Of a stretch of 64,000 nt of DNA, positions 35,854 to 51,206 are shown piece after piece. The translations under genes were made by a program, and so were the position numbers. Location of the stretch: NCBI GenBank assembly GCA_038087875.1, contig JAXLNO010000363.1, positions 1 to 64,000 on the forward strand. Reading direction: 5' to 3'. The notes under the pieces are model-generated. The model saw only the letters and a list, made by a program, of their open reading frames with translations, was not told where the DNA came from and searched no databases. Each line of letters starts with the position of its first letter. Position 1 is the first letter of the stretch. The stretch comes from Malacoraja senta (lineage: Eukaryota).

Positions 35854-38800
35854 CTGCACAAACAAGTCGGAGAGGTGCTTCTTGTCGCCAACTTCTCAAA
35901 CACTTTCCCCATCTCCTGGATCATGTGAGAGCCCTTATTTGGGTCCCGATATGCCACATAACCTGAAGAAGGATCAAGACAACTTCAGGAAGCAAAACAA
36001 TGCACACACATCGTAGAGTCACAGAGTGATACAGTGTGGAAACAGGCCCTTCCTTCAGCCCAACTTGCCCACACCGCCCAAACATGCCCCATCTACACTA
36101 GTCACAGAGTGATACAGTGTGGAAACAGGCCCTTCCTTCAGCCCAACTTGCCCACACCGCCCAACATGCCCCATCTACACTAGTCACAGAGTGATACAGT
36201 GTGGAAACAGGCCCTTCCTTCAGCCCAACTTGCCCACACCGCCCAACATGTCCCATCTACACTAGTCCCACCTGCCTGCGCTTGGTCCATATCCCTCCAA
36301 ACCTGTCCTATCCATGTACCTGTCTATCTGTTTCTCTTAAACGTTGGGATAGTCCCAGCCTCAACTACCTCCTCCGGCAGCTCGTTCCATACAAGCCACC
36401 GCCCACCTGTGTGGAAAAGTTACCCCTCAGATTCCCATTAAATCTTTTCCCCTTCACCTTGAACCGTGTCCTCTGGTCCTCGATTCCTCTACTCTGGGCA
36501 AGAGACTCTGTGCGTCTACCCGATCGATTTCCTCTCATGATTTTATACACCTATCTCCGGTGTCCTCCCACACTCCAAAAACGTGCAGGTTTGTAGGTTA
36601 ATTAGCTTGGTTTCAGTGTAAATTGTCCATAGTGGGTCCTCTTGTTATAAAGGCCAACATGCCATTGTCTTTCTTCACTGCCTGCTGTACCTGCATGCTT
36701 ACTTTCATAGACTGATGAACAAGGACCCCAATCCCGTTGTAATTCCCCTTTTCCCAACTTGACGCCATTGGTCAGGGTGGGGTGAGGGGGGGGTTAGAGT
36801 TTAAAGCGTGAGGGCTACATGTTTTTATGGGCCTGTCGTGGAGGTGAGGTGGCACAGGCCTTTCTTCAGCCCAACTTGCCCACACCGACCAACATGCCCC
36901 ATCTACACTAGTCCCACCTGCCTGCGCTTGGCCCATATCCCTCCAAACCCGTCCTATCCATGTACCTGTCTAACGTTGGGATAGTCCCAGCCTCAACTAC
37001 CTCCTCTGGCAGCTCGTTCCATACACCTACCACCCTCTGTGTGGGAAAAGTCACCCCTCAAATCGCTGTTAAATCTTTCCCCCTTCACCTTGAACCCGTG
37101 TCCTCTGGTCCTCGATTCCCCTACTCTGGGCAAGAGACTCTGTGCGTCTACCCGATCTATTCCTCTCATGATTTTATACATCTCTATAAGATCCATCACA
37201 CTGAGGGACGTGGGGATATGGACCAAACGCAGGCAGGTGGGACTAGTGTAGATGGGACATGTTGGCCGGTGTGGGCAAGTTGGGCTGAAGGACCTGTGTC
37301 CGTGACTCTGGGACTAGTGTAGATGGGGCATGTTGGGCTAGTGTGGGCAAGTTGGGCCGAAGGGCCTGTTTCCGTGACTCTGGGACTAGTGTAGATGGGA
37401 CACCTGTTTCCGTGACTCTGGGACTGGTGTAGATGGGGCATGTTGGGCTAGTGTGGGCAAGTTGGGCCGAAGGGCCTGTTTCCGTGACTCTGGGACTAGT
37501 GTAGATGGGACATGTTGGTCGGTGTGGGCAAGTTGGGCCGAAGGAAGGGCCTGTTTCCACACTGTATCACTCTGTGACTAGTGTAGATGGGGCATGTTGG
37601 GCGGTGTGGGCAAGTTGGGCCAAAGGAAGGGCCTGTTTCGAACTGCGTAACTCTGTGATTCTAAATAAACGTGAGATGATTAAGCAGGAATGGGGAACTC
37701 GCCTTTCCAGACGGATCGATGTGCTCAGTCACTTGGAAGTTTAATTTGCTCAGGCAATTCCAGAGAGTTTTTCTATCAATGTCAGCTCCGCTCCTACCGT
37801 TTGCAATGCAGAGAATTAAGGCCTTTCTCAGTCGCGACATATCATACTCTCCCTCCTGTTCCAGAGACCAAGATTTTCACACAGTCAGTACAGACGTCCA
37901 GGGCAGGGAGACAATAGACATAGACAATAGGTGCAGGAGTAGAGGCCATTCGGCCCTTCGAGCAAGCACCGCCATTCACTGCGATCATGGCTGATCGTCC
38001 CCAATCAATAACCCGTGCCTGCCTTCTCCCCATATCCCTTGATTCCACTAGCCCCTAGAGCTAAATCTAACTCTATCCTACACACACACTAGGGACAATT
38101 TACATTGATGCCAAGCCAATTAACCTGGAATAGAGACCCAGCCTACTCAACCTCTCCCTGTAGCTCACACCCTCTAGTCCCGGCAACATCCTCGTGAATC
38201 TTCTCTGCGCCCTTTCCAGCTTGACGACATCGTTCCTGTAACACGGTGCCCAGAACTGAACACAATACTCTAAATGCGGTCTCACCAACGTCTTGTACAA
38301 CTGCAACGTGACCTCCCAACTTCTAGACTCAATACTCTTGACTGATGAAAGGCCAAAGTGCCAAAAGCCTTGTTGACCACCTTGTCTACCTGCGACTCGA
38401 CCTTCAAGGAACCATGCACCTGTACTCCTAGATCCCTCTGCTCTACAACACTACCCAGAGGCCGACCATTCACTGTGTAGGTCCTGCCCTTAGATGTCCC
38501 AAAATACAACACCTCACACACATAACAAGAGGAGTCGAGTACAGGAGCAAAGATATCCTTCTGCAGTTGTACAGGGCCCTAATGAGACCACACCTGGAGT
38601 ATTGTGTACAGTTTTGGTCCCCTAATTTGAGGAAGGACATTCTTGCTATTGAGGGAGCCCAGCGTAGGTTCACCAGGTTAATTCACGGGATGGCGGGACT
38701 GTCATATGCTGAGAGAATGGAGCGGCTGGGCTTGTACACTCTGGAGTTTAGAAGGATGAGAGGGAATCTCATTGAAACATATAAGATTATTAAGGGTTTG

Positions 38801-39283
38801 GACACGCTAGAGGCAGGAAACATGTTCCCGATGTTGGGGGAGTCCTGAACCAGGGGCCACACACAGGTTAAGAATAAGGGGTCGGCCATTTAGAACGGAG
38901 ACGAGGAAACACTTTTTCTCACAGAGAGTGGTGAGTCTGTGGAATTCTCTGCCTCAGAGGGCGGTGGAGGCCGGTTCTCTGGATGCTTTCAAGAGAGAGC
39001 TAGATAGGGCTCTTAAAGATAGCGGAGTCAGGGGATATGGGGAGAAGGCAGGAACGGGGTACTGATTGGGGATGATCAGCCATGATCACATTGAATGGTG
39101 GTGCTGGCTCGATGGGCCGAATGGCCTCTACTCCTGCACCTATTGTCTATTGTCTATTAAATTCCATCGACCGTTCCGTGCTGCCTTACCTGGTCTTGTA
39201 CCCCTGGGGCAGGTGTGGAGGGGGGGGGGTGGGAGCCTCATTGTCCAAGGTGGGGGCTCCAGGTATAGGTATGCTGTCTACAC
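35854..39283 (-). pseudogene. Caspase-14-like partial gene, copy 5
   Basis: Exons 39283-39190 (94 nt, G10 run), 37855-37703, 35962-35854 (109 nt, 1-nt deletion). Confidence 0.85.
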
Positions 39284-41486
39284 CTGTGGGAGGAAAACCA
39301 GTGGTCACCTGTGTATCAATGGAGAGGGTGGGGGGAGAGAGTGGGGGGAGAGCGGGGAGAGAGAGAGAAGGGGGAGGGGGAAAGGGGAAGAGAGGGGAGA
39401 GGGGAGAGAGAGGGAGAGGGATGAGAGGGGGGGAAGATGGGGAGAGAGGGGGGAAAGAGGGGAGAGAGGGAGAGGGAAAGAGGGGGAAAGAGAGGGGGAG
39501 AGAGAGGGGGAAGATGGGGAGAGAGGGGGGAGAGAGAAGGGAGAGAGAGGGGGGAAACAGGGAGAAGGGAGGGGGAGAGAGGGAGTGAGAGAAGGGGGAG
39601 AGAGAGAGGGGAGAGGGAGGAGAGAGGGGGGAAATATGGGGAGAGAAGGGGGGAGAGATGGGGAGCGAAGGGGAGAGAGAGAGGGAGAGTGAGAGAAGGG
39701 GAAAGAGAGGGGGAGAGAGGAGAGATAGAGGGTTGAGATAGAGAGAGGGGGAGAGAGAGAGGGGGAAAGATGGGGAGAGAAGGGGGAGAGAGATGGGGGA
39801 AGATGGGGAGAGAAGGGGGGAGAGAGAGAGGGGGAAAGATGGGGAGACAGTGGGGGGAGTGAGAGGGGAGAGGCAGAGAGAGAGAAAGGGAGAGAGAAGG
39901 GGGAAAGGGAGAGGAGAGAGGGGTGGAATAAGAGGGGAGAGAGAGGGGATTAGAGGGAGGGAGTGGCCTCTGTTATAAACTGGCATCGATCCAGGTTTGT
40001 GTTTAAACAGATGGATTTTTCACCGAGTCCATCTGTCGCAGCGAGTTCCCATAAAATACTTCACCTGGAGTATTGTGTACAGTTTTGGTCTCCTAATTTG
40101 AGGAAGGACATCCTTGTGATTGAGGCAGTGCAGCGTAGGTTCACCAGATTGATCCCTGGGATGGCGGGACTGTCATATGAGGAAAGAATGAAAAGACTGG
40201 GCTTGTATTCACTGGCGTTTAGACGGATGGGGGGGGGGGATCTTATAGAAACATATAAAATTATAAAAGCACTGGACAAGCTAGATGCAGGAAAAATGTT
40301 CCCAATGTTGGGCGAGTCCAGAACCAGGGGCCACACAGTCTTAGAATAAAGGGGAGGCTATTTAAGACTGAGGTGAGAAAAAACTTTTTCACCCAGAGAG
40401 TTGTGAATCTGTGGCCATTTGGGACTGAGATGAGGAGAGACTTTTCCACCCAGAGAGTTGTGTGAATTTGTGGAATTCCCTGCTGCCACAGAGGGCAGTG
40501 GAGGCCAAGTCACTGGATGGATTTAAGAGAGAGTTAGATAGAGCTCTAGGGGCTAGTGGAGTCAAGGGATATGGGGAGAAGGCAGGCACGGGTTATTGAT
40601 TGGGGACGATCAGCCGTGATCACAATGAATGGCGGTGCTGGCTGGAAGGGCCGAATGGCCTCCTCCTGCACCTATTGTCTATGTTTCTATGACTGTAGAC
40701 TCCTACCTCACCAGGGACTAACGTTACTGAACCATTTTACTGTGGTGTCTTTTTAAAATTGCTGTTTTTCCCTTTTGTTCCCCTCCCACAAATATGTAAT
40801 ATGTGAATATTCTGTTTGTAGTTTGTCTGTTTGTCTTTTGCACAATTCCCGCGAGCATCGACACTTTTAATTTCACTGCCCACCTCGTATGTGTGTGGGT
40901 GACCAATAGACTGGACCTAGAATTTAGCTGGAATTTAGAAGATTGAGGGGGGATCTTATAGAAACTTACAAGATTCTTAAGGGGTTGGACAGGTTAAATG
41001 CAGGAAGATTGTTCCTGATGTTGGGGAAGTCCAGGACAAGGGGTCACACAGTTTAAGGATAAGGGGGAAGTCTTTTAGGACCGAGATTTTTCACACAGAG
41101 AGTGGTGAATCTGTGGAATTCTCTGCCACAGAAGGTAGTTGAGGCCAGTTCATTGGCTATATTTAAGAGGGAGTTAGATGTGGCCCTTGTGGGTAAAGGG
41201 ATCAGGGGGTATGGAGAGAAGGCAGGTACGGGATACTGAGTTGGATGATCAGCCATGATCATATTGAATGGCGGTGCAGGCTCGAAGGGCCGAATGGCCT
41301 CTACTCCTGCACCTATTGTCTATGTTTCTATGTTTCTATGACCTGACTTGACTTGCCGAGCTTTATGTGGCCACTGTTTGGATAACTTTGGGTATCGAAA
41401 GCAAAGTGTCACCCTGACTCGATTTCTTGGAAAATACATCCCCTTTATCGGATTCAGGACGGGTGGGGCAGAGACAGAGAGGGAGG

Positions 41487-41542
<56 letters not shown>

Positions 41543-41741
41543 GGGGGAGAGGGGATGAGAAGGGGAAGGGAGAAGGGGAGAGAGGAGAGGGAGAGAAAGC
41601 ATTTTGGCCTTTTTTCCTCACTTTTTGGTGACAAATCTTCCACTTTTCAATTGTCTACAGATCTCAAGAATACGATCCCGGATCTCGCAGGCAGACAGGC
41701 AATGAACGGAGAATTCCGGTGTGGTGAGTGAATACACACAG

Positions 41742-41780
<39 letters not shown>

Positions 41781-41845
41781 CCTAAACAGGGTGGGGAATG
41801 TGTGCAGGCAGAGAGAGAGAGAGAGAGAGAGAGAGGCAGGCTCCC

Positions 41846-41892
<47 letters not shown>

Positions 41893-42931
41893 ACACACAC
41901 ACACACCCTGAGCCTAGTGACCAGGGACTTTGATATGCCCCTTGAACTCCAGGGCCAAACCAGTCTGTCTGTCCCACAGAGCTTTTCCAATTTGACCAAA
42001 TCTCACAGCAAAACCCGTTTTGAAGTCCAATAGCCATTAAGCCCATACATAACATGCATTTCCCTCACCCAACGATACAACAATTCAATTTCATCGTATT
42101 CACAGCCGACTCGAAGGGGAAGTCGACTTGGAAACATTTACCCTGATGAACAGAAGCCACACACAAGGCTCAACCGCCCCATCCAATTAACACTTAGCAG
42201 AGTCACACTCTGCAACATTACTTTCAACCTATTTACAAGGTGAATGTCCAGGTTTTTGCACACATCCATTCCACTCTATGCATTTGACAGTATTTGCAAG
42301 GCTTCCCATTCTCTGCATGCAAATTGCATCTAAGTTCCAGATTCCCAGGCATCTCTCGGAGTCTGTCTGTCTGTCTGTCTCTCTGTCCCAGAGAGCTTTT
42401 CCCATTTGACCAAATCTCACAGCAAACCCCGTTTTGAAGTCCAAACACTCTTCTCCTCCTCCTCCTCCTCAGACGGACAAAGGTTGTGCAGGTGGACTGA
42501 AGGTGTGGTGAGTGAGAGAGAGAGAGAGAGTAGAGAGAGGGTAGAGAGAGGCTACAGTGGTAGCTGGGGAGGTGAAATATCCCAATATCTATCCAAAAAG
42601 ATATCTATTATATTATTGTAATATATATTAATCAAAGATTGATTGATTGATTGATAGATAGATAGATAGATAGAGATGGAGAAATACTGCTCAAAACAGG
42701 AGAGAGTGTGTGTGTGTGAGAGAGGGAGGGAGGGAGGGAGAAAGGGGAGAGAATTGAGATTTGAACATTGTTCAGCTTTTCTCCACACATCACGCAGCAA
42801 AGTCTCTCTGACCTGGATCCTAGAGAGAGAGAGAGAGAGAGAGAGGGGGGCAATGAAGGGGGTAAAACATACTGTGCTGAGTTGAGCAAAGTTTAATACT
42901 TACAGGGGATGAAAGTACAAATTGGCAGAGG

Positions 42932-42969
<38 letters not shown>

Positions 42970-43122
42970 ATTTTGACCTTTTTTCCTCACTTTTTGGTGA
43001 CAAATATTCCACTTTTTAATTGTCTACAGGTCTCAAGAATACGATCCCGGATCTCGCAGGCAGACAGGCAATGAACGGAGAATTCCGGTGTGGTGAGTGA
43101 ATACACACAGTCACACACACAC

Positions 43123-43155
<33 letters not shown>

Positions 43156-43222
43156 GTCCTAAACAGGGTGGGGAATGTGTGCAGGCAGAGAGAGAGAGAG
43201 AGAGAGAGAGAGGCAGGCTCCC

Positions 43223-43257
<35 letters not shown>

Positions 43258-43879
43258 ACACACACACACACCCTGAGCCTAGTGACCAGGGACTTTGATA
43301 TGCCCCTTGAACTCGAGGGCCGAACCAGCCTGTCTGTCTGTCTGTCCCACAGAGCTTTTCCAATTTGACCAAATCTCACAGCAAAACCCGTTTTGAAGTC
43401 CAATAGCCATTAAGCCCATACATAACATGCATTTCCCTAACCCAACGATTCAACAATTCAATTTCATCGTATTCACAGCCGACTCGAAGGGGAAGTCCAC
43501 TTGGAAACATTGACCCTGATGAACAGAAGCCACACACAAGGCTCAACCGCCCAATCCAATTAACACTTAGCAGAGTCACACTCTGCAACATTACTTTCAA
43601 CCTATTTACAAGGTGAATGTCCAGGTTTTTTGCACACATCCAATCCACTCTATGCATTTGACAGTATTTGCAAGGCTTCCCATTCTCTGCATGCAAATTG
43701 CATCTAAGTTCCAGATTCCCAGGCATGTCTCGGAGCCTGTCTGTCTGTCTGTCTGTCCCAGAGAGCTTTTTCCATTTGACCAAATCTCACAGCAAACCCC
43801 GTTTTGAAGTCCAAACACTCTTCTACTCCTCCTCCTCCTCAGACGGATAAAGGTTGTGCAGGTGGACTGAAGGTGTGGT

Positions 43880-43917
<38 letters not shown>

Positions 43918-44784
43918 AGAGGGTAGAGAGAGGCTACAGTGGTAGCCGGGGAGGTCTTATGGGGTTGGACAGGCTAGATGCAGGAAGATTGTTCCCGATG
44001 TTGGGGAAGTCCAGGACAAGGGGTCACAGCTTAAGGATAAGGGGGAAATCCTTTAAGACCGAGATGAGGAAAAACATTTTCACACAGAGAGTGGTGAATC
44101 TGTGGAACTCTCTGCCACAGAGGGTAGTTGAGGCCAGTTCATTGGCTATATTTAAGAGGGAGTTAGATGTGGCCCTTGTGGCTAAAGGGATCAGGGGGTA
44201 TGGAGAGAAGGCAGGGACGGGATACTGAGTTGGATGATCAGCCATGATCACAATGAATGGCGGTGCAGGCTCGAAGGGCCGAATGGCCTACTCCTGCACC
44301 TGTTGTCTATGTATCTCTGTATCTATGTAAACTAGTGTGTGAACGGGCGATAAAAAGGGAATAGGTGAAGCAGGGAGAGAAAGGCGAGAGTTTGGGGCCT
44401 GTTTCAAGATGGCCGACTTTTGCCTCCTGTTTCTGTGTTGTATCTCTGAACTAAACTAAACTAGTGTGTGAACGGGCGATCGCTGGTCGGCTAGCACGGA
44501 CCCGGTGGGCCGAAGGGCCTGTTTCCGCGCTGTATCTCTGAAGTAAAAAGGGAATAGTTGAAGCAGGGAGAGGAGGGCGAGAGTTTGGGGCCTGGTTCAA
44601 GATGGCCGACTTTTGCCTCCTGTTTCCGCGCTGTATCTCTAAACTAAACTAGTGTGTGAACGGGCGATCGCTGGTCGGCTAGCACGGACCCGGTGGGGCC
44701 GAAGGGCCTGTTTCCACGCTGTATCTCTAAACTAAACTATAACCGCTGTTCCTTGTGACGGCCAGTTTAAACGTCATGCCTCAC

Positions 44785-46843
44785 CTGCACAAACAAGTCG
44801 GAGAGGTGCTTCTTGTCCGCCAACTTCTCAAACACTTTCCCCATCTCCTGGATCATGTGAGAGCCCTTATTTGGGTCCCGATATGCCACATAACCTGAAG
44901 AAGGATCAAGATCAACTTCAGGAAGCAAAACAATGCACACACATCGTAGAGTCCCAGAGTGATACAGTGTGGAAACAGGCCCTTCCTTCAGCCCAACTTG
45001 CCCACACCGCCCAACATGCCCCATCTACACTAGTCACAGAGTGATACAGTGTGGAAACAGGCCCTTCCTTCAGCCCAACTTGCCCACACCGACCAACATG
45101 CCCCATCTACACTAGTCACAGAGTGATACAGTGTGGAAACAGGCCCTTCCTTCAGCCCAATTTGCCCACACCGACCAACATGCCCCATCTACACTAGTCA
45201 CAGAGTGGTACAGTGTGGAAACAGGCCCTTCCTTCAGCCCAACTTGCCCACACCGCCCAACATGCCCCATCTACACTAGTCACAGAGTGATACAGTGTGG
45301 AAACAGGCCCTTCCTTCAGCCCAACTTGCCCACACCGCCCAACATGTCCCATCTACACTAGTCCCACCTGCCTGCGCTTGGTCCGTATCCCTCCAAACCT
45401 GTCCTATCCATGTACCTGTCTATCTGTTTCTTAAATGTTGGGATAGTCCCAGCCTCAACTACCTCCTCCGGCAGCTCGTTCCATACAGCCACCGCCCACC
45501 TGTGTGGGAAAAGTTACCCCTCAGATTCCCATTAAATCTTTTCCCCTTCACCTTGAACCCGTGTCCTCTGGTCCTCGATTCCTCTACTCTGGGCAAGAGA
45601 CTCTGTGCGTCTATTCGATCGATTCCTCTCATGATTTTATACACCTATCTCCGGTGTCCTCCCACACTCCAAAAACGTGCAGGTTTGTAGGTTAATTAGC
45701 TTGGTTTCGGTGTAAATTGTCCATAGTGGGTCCTCTTGTTATGAAGGCCAACATGCCATTGTCTTTCTTCACTGCCTGCTGTACCTGCATGCTTACTTTC
45801 ATAGACTGATGAGCAAGGACCCCCAGATCCCGTTGTAATTCCCCTTTTCCCAACTTGACGCCATTGGTCAGGGTGGGGTGAGGGGGGGGTTAGAGTTTAA
45901 AGCGTGGAGGGCTACATGTTTTTATGGGCCTGTCGTGGAGGTGAGGTGGCACAGGCCCTTCCTTCAGCCCAACTTGCCCACACCGACCAACATGCCCCAT
46001 CTACACTAGTCCCACCTGCCTGCGCTTGGCCCATATCCCTCCAAACCCGTCCTATCCATGTACCTGTCTAACGTTGGGATAGTCCCAGCCTCAACTACCT
46101 CCTCTGGCAGCTCGTTCCATACACCTAGCACCCTCTGTGTGGGAAAAGTCACCCCTCAAATCGCTGTTAAATCTTTCCCCCTTCACCTTGAACCCGTGTC
46201 CTCTGGTCCTCGATTCCCCTACTCTGGGCAAGAGACTCTGTGCGTCTACCCGATCTATTCCCCTCATGATTTTATACATCTCTATAAGATCCATCACATT
46301 GTGGGACGTGGGGATATGGACCAAACGCAGGCAGGTGGGACTAGTGTAGATGGGACATGTTGGCCGGTGTGGGCAAGTTGGGCTGAAGGACCTGTTTCCG
46401 TGACTCTGGGACTGGTGTAGATGGGGCATGTTGGGCTAGTGTGGGCAAGTTGGGCCGAAGGGCCTGTTTCCGTGACTCTGGGACTAGTGTAGATGGGACA
46501 TGTTGGTCGGTGTGGGCAAGTTGGGCCGAAGGAAGGGCCTGTTTCCACACTGTATCACTCTGTGACTAGTGTAGATGGGGCATGTTGGGCGGTGTGGGCA
46601 AGTTGGGCCAAAGGAAGGGCCTGTTTCGAACTGCGTAACTCTGTGATTCTAAATAAACGTGAGATGATTAAGCAGGAATGGGGAACTCGCCTTTCCAGAC
46701 GGATCGATGTGCTCAGTCACTTGGAAGTTTAATTTGCTCAGGCAATTCCAGAGAGTTTTTCTATCAATGTCAGCTCCGCTCCTACCGTTTGCAATGCAGA
46801 GAATTAAGGCCTTTCTCAGTCGCGACATATCATACTCTCCCTC
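44785..46843 (-). pseudogene. Caspase-14-like partial gene, copy 6 (linker exon position falls in the assembly gap)
   Basis: Exons 46843-46691 and 44894-44785. Confidence 0.85.
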
Positions 46844-47703
46844 CTGTTCCAGAGACCAAGATTTTCACACAGTCAGTACAGACGTCCAGGGCAGGGAGAC
46901 AATAGACATAGACAATAGGTGCAGGAGTAGAGGCCATTCGGCCCTTCGAGCCAGCACCGCCATTCACTGCGATCATGGCTGATCGTCCCCAATCAATAAC
47001 CCGTGCCTGCCTTCTCCCCATATCCCTTGATTCCACCAGCCCCTAGAGCTAAATCTAACTCTATCCTACACACACACTAGGGACAATTTACATTGATGCC
47101 AAGCCAATTAACCTGGAATAGAGACCCAGCCTACTCAACCTCTCCCTGTAGCTCACACCCTCTAGTCCCGGCAACATCCTCGTGAATCTTCTCTGCGCCC
47201 TTTCCAGCTTGACGACATCGTTCCTGTAACACGGTGCCCAGAACTGAACACAATACTCTAAATGTGGTCTCACCAACGTCTTGTACAACTGCAACGTGAC
47301 CTCCCAACTTCTAGACTCAATACTCTGGCTGATGAAGGCCAAAAGCCTTGTTGACCACCTTGTCTACATGCGACTTGACCTTCAAGGAACCATGCACCTG
47401 TACTCCTAGATCCCTCTGCTCTACAACACTACCCAGAGGCCCAGAGACCATTCACTGTGTAGGTCCTGCCCTTAGATGTCCCAAATACAACACCTCACAC
47501 ACATAACAAGAGGAGTTGAGTACAGGAGCAAAGATGTCCTTCTGCAGTTGTACAGGGCCCTAGTGAGACCACACCTGGAGTATTGTGTGCAGTTTTGGCC
47601 TGTTGGCCTTCATAACAAGAGGAGTTGAGTATAGGAGCAAAGAGGTCCTTCTGCAGTTGTACAGGGCCCTAATGAGACCACACCTGGAGTATTGTGTACA
47701 GTT

Positions 47704-47903
47704 NNNNNNNNNNNNNNNNNNNNNNNNNNNNNNNNNNNNNNNNNNNNNNNNNNNNNNNNNNNNNNNNNNNNNNNNNNNNNNNNNNNNNNNNNNNNNNNNN
47801 NNNNNNNNNNNNNNNNNNNNNNNNNNNNNNNNNNNNNNNNNNNNNNNNNNNNNNNNNNNNNNNNNNNNNNNNNNNNNNNNNNNNNNNNNNNNNNNNNNNN
47901 NNN
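47704..47903. other. Assembly gap (200 N)
   Basis: Run of N. The flanks correspond to unit-1 positions ~4168 and ~7030, so at least ~2.9 kb is missing if the unit is standard. Confidence 0.99.
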
Positions 47904-47922
47904 AGAGAGGAGGGAGGGAGGG

Positions 47923-47974
<52 letters not shown>

Positions 47975-48270
47975 GGGGGAGAGGGGATGAGAAGGGGAAG
48001 GGAGAAGGGGAGAGAGGAGAGGGAGAGAAAGCATTTTGGCCTTTTTCTCACTTTTTGGTGACAAATCTTCCACTTTTCAATTGTCTACCGATCTCAAGAA
48101 TACGATCCCGGATCTCGCAGGCAGACAGGCAATGAACGGAGAATTCCGGTGTGGTGAGTGAATACACACAGTCTCACACACACACGCACACACACACACA
48201 CACACAGTCCTAAACAGAGGGGGATGTGTGCAGGCAGAGAGAGAGAGAGAGAGAGAGGCAGGCTCCCTAT

Positions 48271-48314
<44 letters not shown>

Positions 48315-49355
48315 ACACACACACACACCCTGAGCCTAGTGACCAGGGACTTTGATATGCCCTTGAACTCCAGGGCCAAACCAGTCTGTCTGTCCCACAG
48401 AGCTTTTCCAATTTGACCAAATCTCACAGCAAAACCCGTTTTGAAGTCCAATAGCCATTAAGCCCATACATAACATGCATTTCCCTCACCCAACGATACA
48501 ACAATTCAATTTCATCGTATTCACAGCCGACTCGAAGGGGAAGTCGACTTGGAAACATTGACCCTGATGAACAGAGCCCACACACAAGGCTCAACCGCCC
48601 CATCCAATTAACACTTAGCAGAGTCACACTCTGCAACATTACTTTCAACCTATTTACAAGGTGAATGTCCAGGTTTTTGCACACATCCATTCCACTCTAT
48701 GCATTTGACAGTATTTGCAAGGCTTCCCATTCTCTGCATGCAAATTGCATCTAAGTTCCAGATTCCCAGGCATCTCTCGGAGTCTGTCTGTCTGTCTGTC
48801 TCTCTGTCCCAGAGAGCTTTTCCCATTTGACCAAATCTCACAGCAAACCCCGTTTTGAAGTCCAAACACTCTTCTACTCCTCCTCCTCCTCAGACGGACA
48901 AAGGTTGTGCAGGTGGACTGAAGGTGTGGTGAGTGAGAGAGAGAGAGAGAGAGAGAGTAGAGAGAGGGTAGAGAGAGGCTACAGTGGTAGCCGGGAGGTG
49001 AAATATCCCAATATCTATCCAAAAAGATATCTATTATATTATTGTAATATATATTAATCAAAGATTGATTGATTGATTGATAGATAGATAGATAGAGATG
49101 GAGAAATACTGCTCAAAACAGGAGAGAGTGTGTGTGTGTGAGAGAGGGAGGGAGGGAGGGAGAGAAAGGGGAGAGAATTGAGATTTGAACATTGTTCAGC
49201 TTTTCTCCACACATCACGCAGCAAAGTCTCTCTGACCTGGATCCTAGAGAGAGAGAGAGAGAGAGAGAGGGGGGCAATGAAGGGGGTAAAACATACTGTG
49301 CTGAGTTGAGCAAAGTTTAATACTTACAGTGGATGAAAGTACAAATTGGCAGAGG

Positions 49356-49395
<40 letters not shown>

Positions 49396-49636
49396 ATTTT
49401 GACCTTTTTTCCTCACTTTTTGGTGACAAATATTCCACTTTTTAATTGTCTACAGGTCTCAAGAATACGATCCCGGATCTCGCAGGCAGACAGGCAATGA
49501 ACGGAGAATTCCGGTGTGGTGAGTGAATACACACAGTCACACACACACACACGCACACACACACACAGTCCTAAACAGGGTGGGGAATGTGTGCAGGCAG
49601 AGAGGGAGAGAGAGAGAGAGAGAGAGGCAGGCTCCC

Positions 49637-49681
<45 letters not shown>

Positions 49682-50305
49682 ACACACACACACACCCTGA
49701 GCCCTAGTGACCAGGGACTTTGATATGCCCCTTGAACTCGAGGGCCGAACCAGCCTGTCTGTCTGTCTGTCCCACAGAGCTTTTCCAATTTGACCAAATC
49801 TCACAGCAAAACCCGTTTTGAAGTCCAATAGCCATTAAGCCCATACATAACATGCATTTCCCTAACCCAATGAAACAACAATTCAATTTCATCGTATTCA
49901 CAGCCGACTCGAAGGGGAAGTCGACTTGGAAACATTGACCCTGATGAACAGAGCCCACACACAAAGGCTCAACCGCCCCATCCAATTAACACTTAGCAGA
50001 GTCACACTCTGCAACATTACTTTCAACCTATTTACAAGGTGAATGTCCAGGTTTTTTGCACACATCAATCCACTCTATGCATTTGACAGTATTTGCAAGG
50101 CTTCCCATTCTCTGCATGCAAATTGCATCTAAGTTCCAGATTCCCAGGCATGTCTCGGAGCCTGTCTGTCTGTCTGTCTGTCCCAGAGAGCTTTTCCCAT
50201 TTGACCAAATCTCACAGCAAACCCCGTTTTGAAGTCCAAACACTCTTTCTACTCCTCCTCCTCCTCAGACGGATAAAGGTTGTGCAGGTGGACTGAAGGT
50301 GTGGT

Positions 50306-50341
<36 letters not shown>

Positions 50342-51206
50342 AGAGGGTAGAGAGAGGCTACAGTGGTAGCCGGGGAGGTCTTATGGGGTTGGACAGGCTA
50401 GATGCAGGAAGATTGTTCCCGATGTTGGGGAAGTCCAGGACAAGGGGTCACAGCTTAAGGATAAGGGGAAATCCTTTAAGACCGAGATGAGAAAAACATT
50501 TTCACACAGAGAGTGGTGAATCTGTGGAACTCTCTGCCACAGAGGGTAGTTGAGGCCAGTTCATTGGCTATATTTAAGAGGGAGTTAGATGTGGCCCTTG
50601 TGGCTAAAGGGATCAGGGGGTATGGAGAGAAGGCAGGGACGGGATACTGAGTTGGATGATCAGCCATGATCACAATGAATGGCGGTGCAGGCTCGAAGGC
50701 CGAATGGCCTACTCCTGCACCTGTTGTCTATGTATCTCTGTATCTATGTAAACTAGTGTGTGAACGGGCGATAAAAAGGGAATAGGTGAAGCAGGGAGAG
50801 AAAGGCGAGAGTTTGGGGCCTGTTTCAAGATGGCCGACTTTTGCCTCCTGTTTCTGTGTTGTATCTCTGAACTAAACTAAACTAGTGTGTGAACGGGCGA
50901 TCGCTGGTCGGCTAGCACGGACCCGGTGGGCCGAAGGGCCTGTTTCCGCGCTGTATCTCTGAAGTAAAAAGGGAATAGTTGAAGCAGGGAGAGGAGGGCG
51001 AGAGTTTGGGGCCTGGTTCAAGATGGCCGACTTTTGCCTCCTGTTTCCGCGCTGTATCTCTAAACTAAACTAGTGTGTGAACGGGCGATCGCTGGTCGGC
51101 TAGCACGGACCCGGTGGGGCCGAAGGGCCTGTTTTCCGCGCTGTATCTCTAAACTAAACTATAACCGCTGTTCCTTGTGACGGCCAGTTTAAACGTCATG
51201 CCTCAC

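Noticed and set aside
35200..36870. Many single-base indels in unit 5 (also ~19970-23700 and ~47900-51500) as real decay
   Set aside because: Clustered, private and mostly in homopolymers, so more likely consensus errors. The frameshifts in copies 3 and 5 are therefore uncertain.
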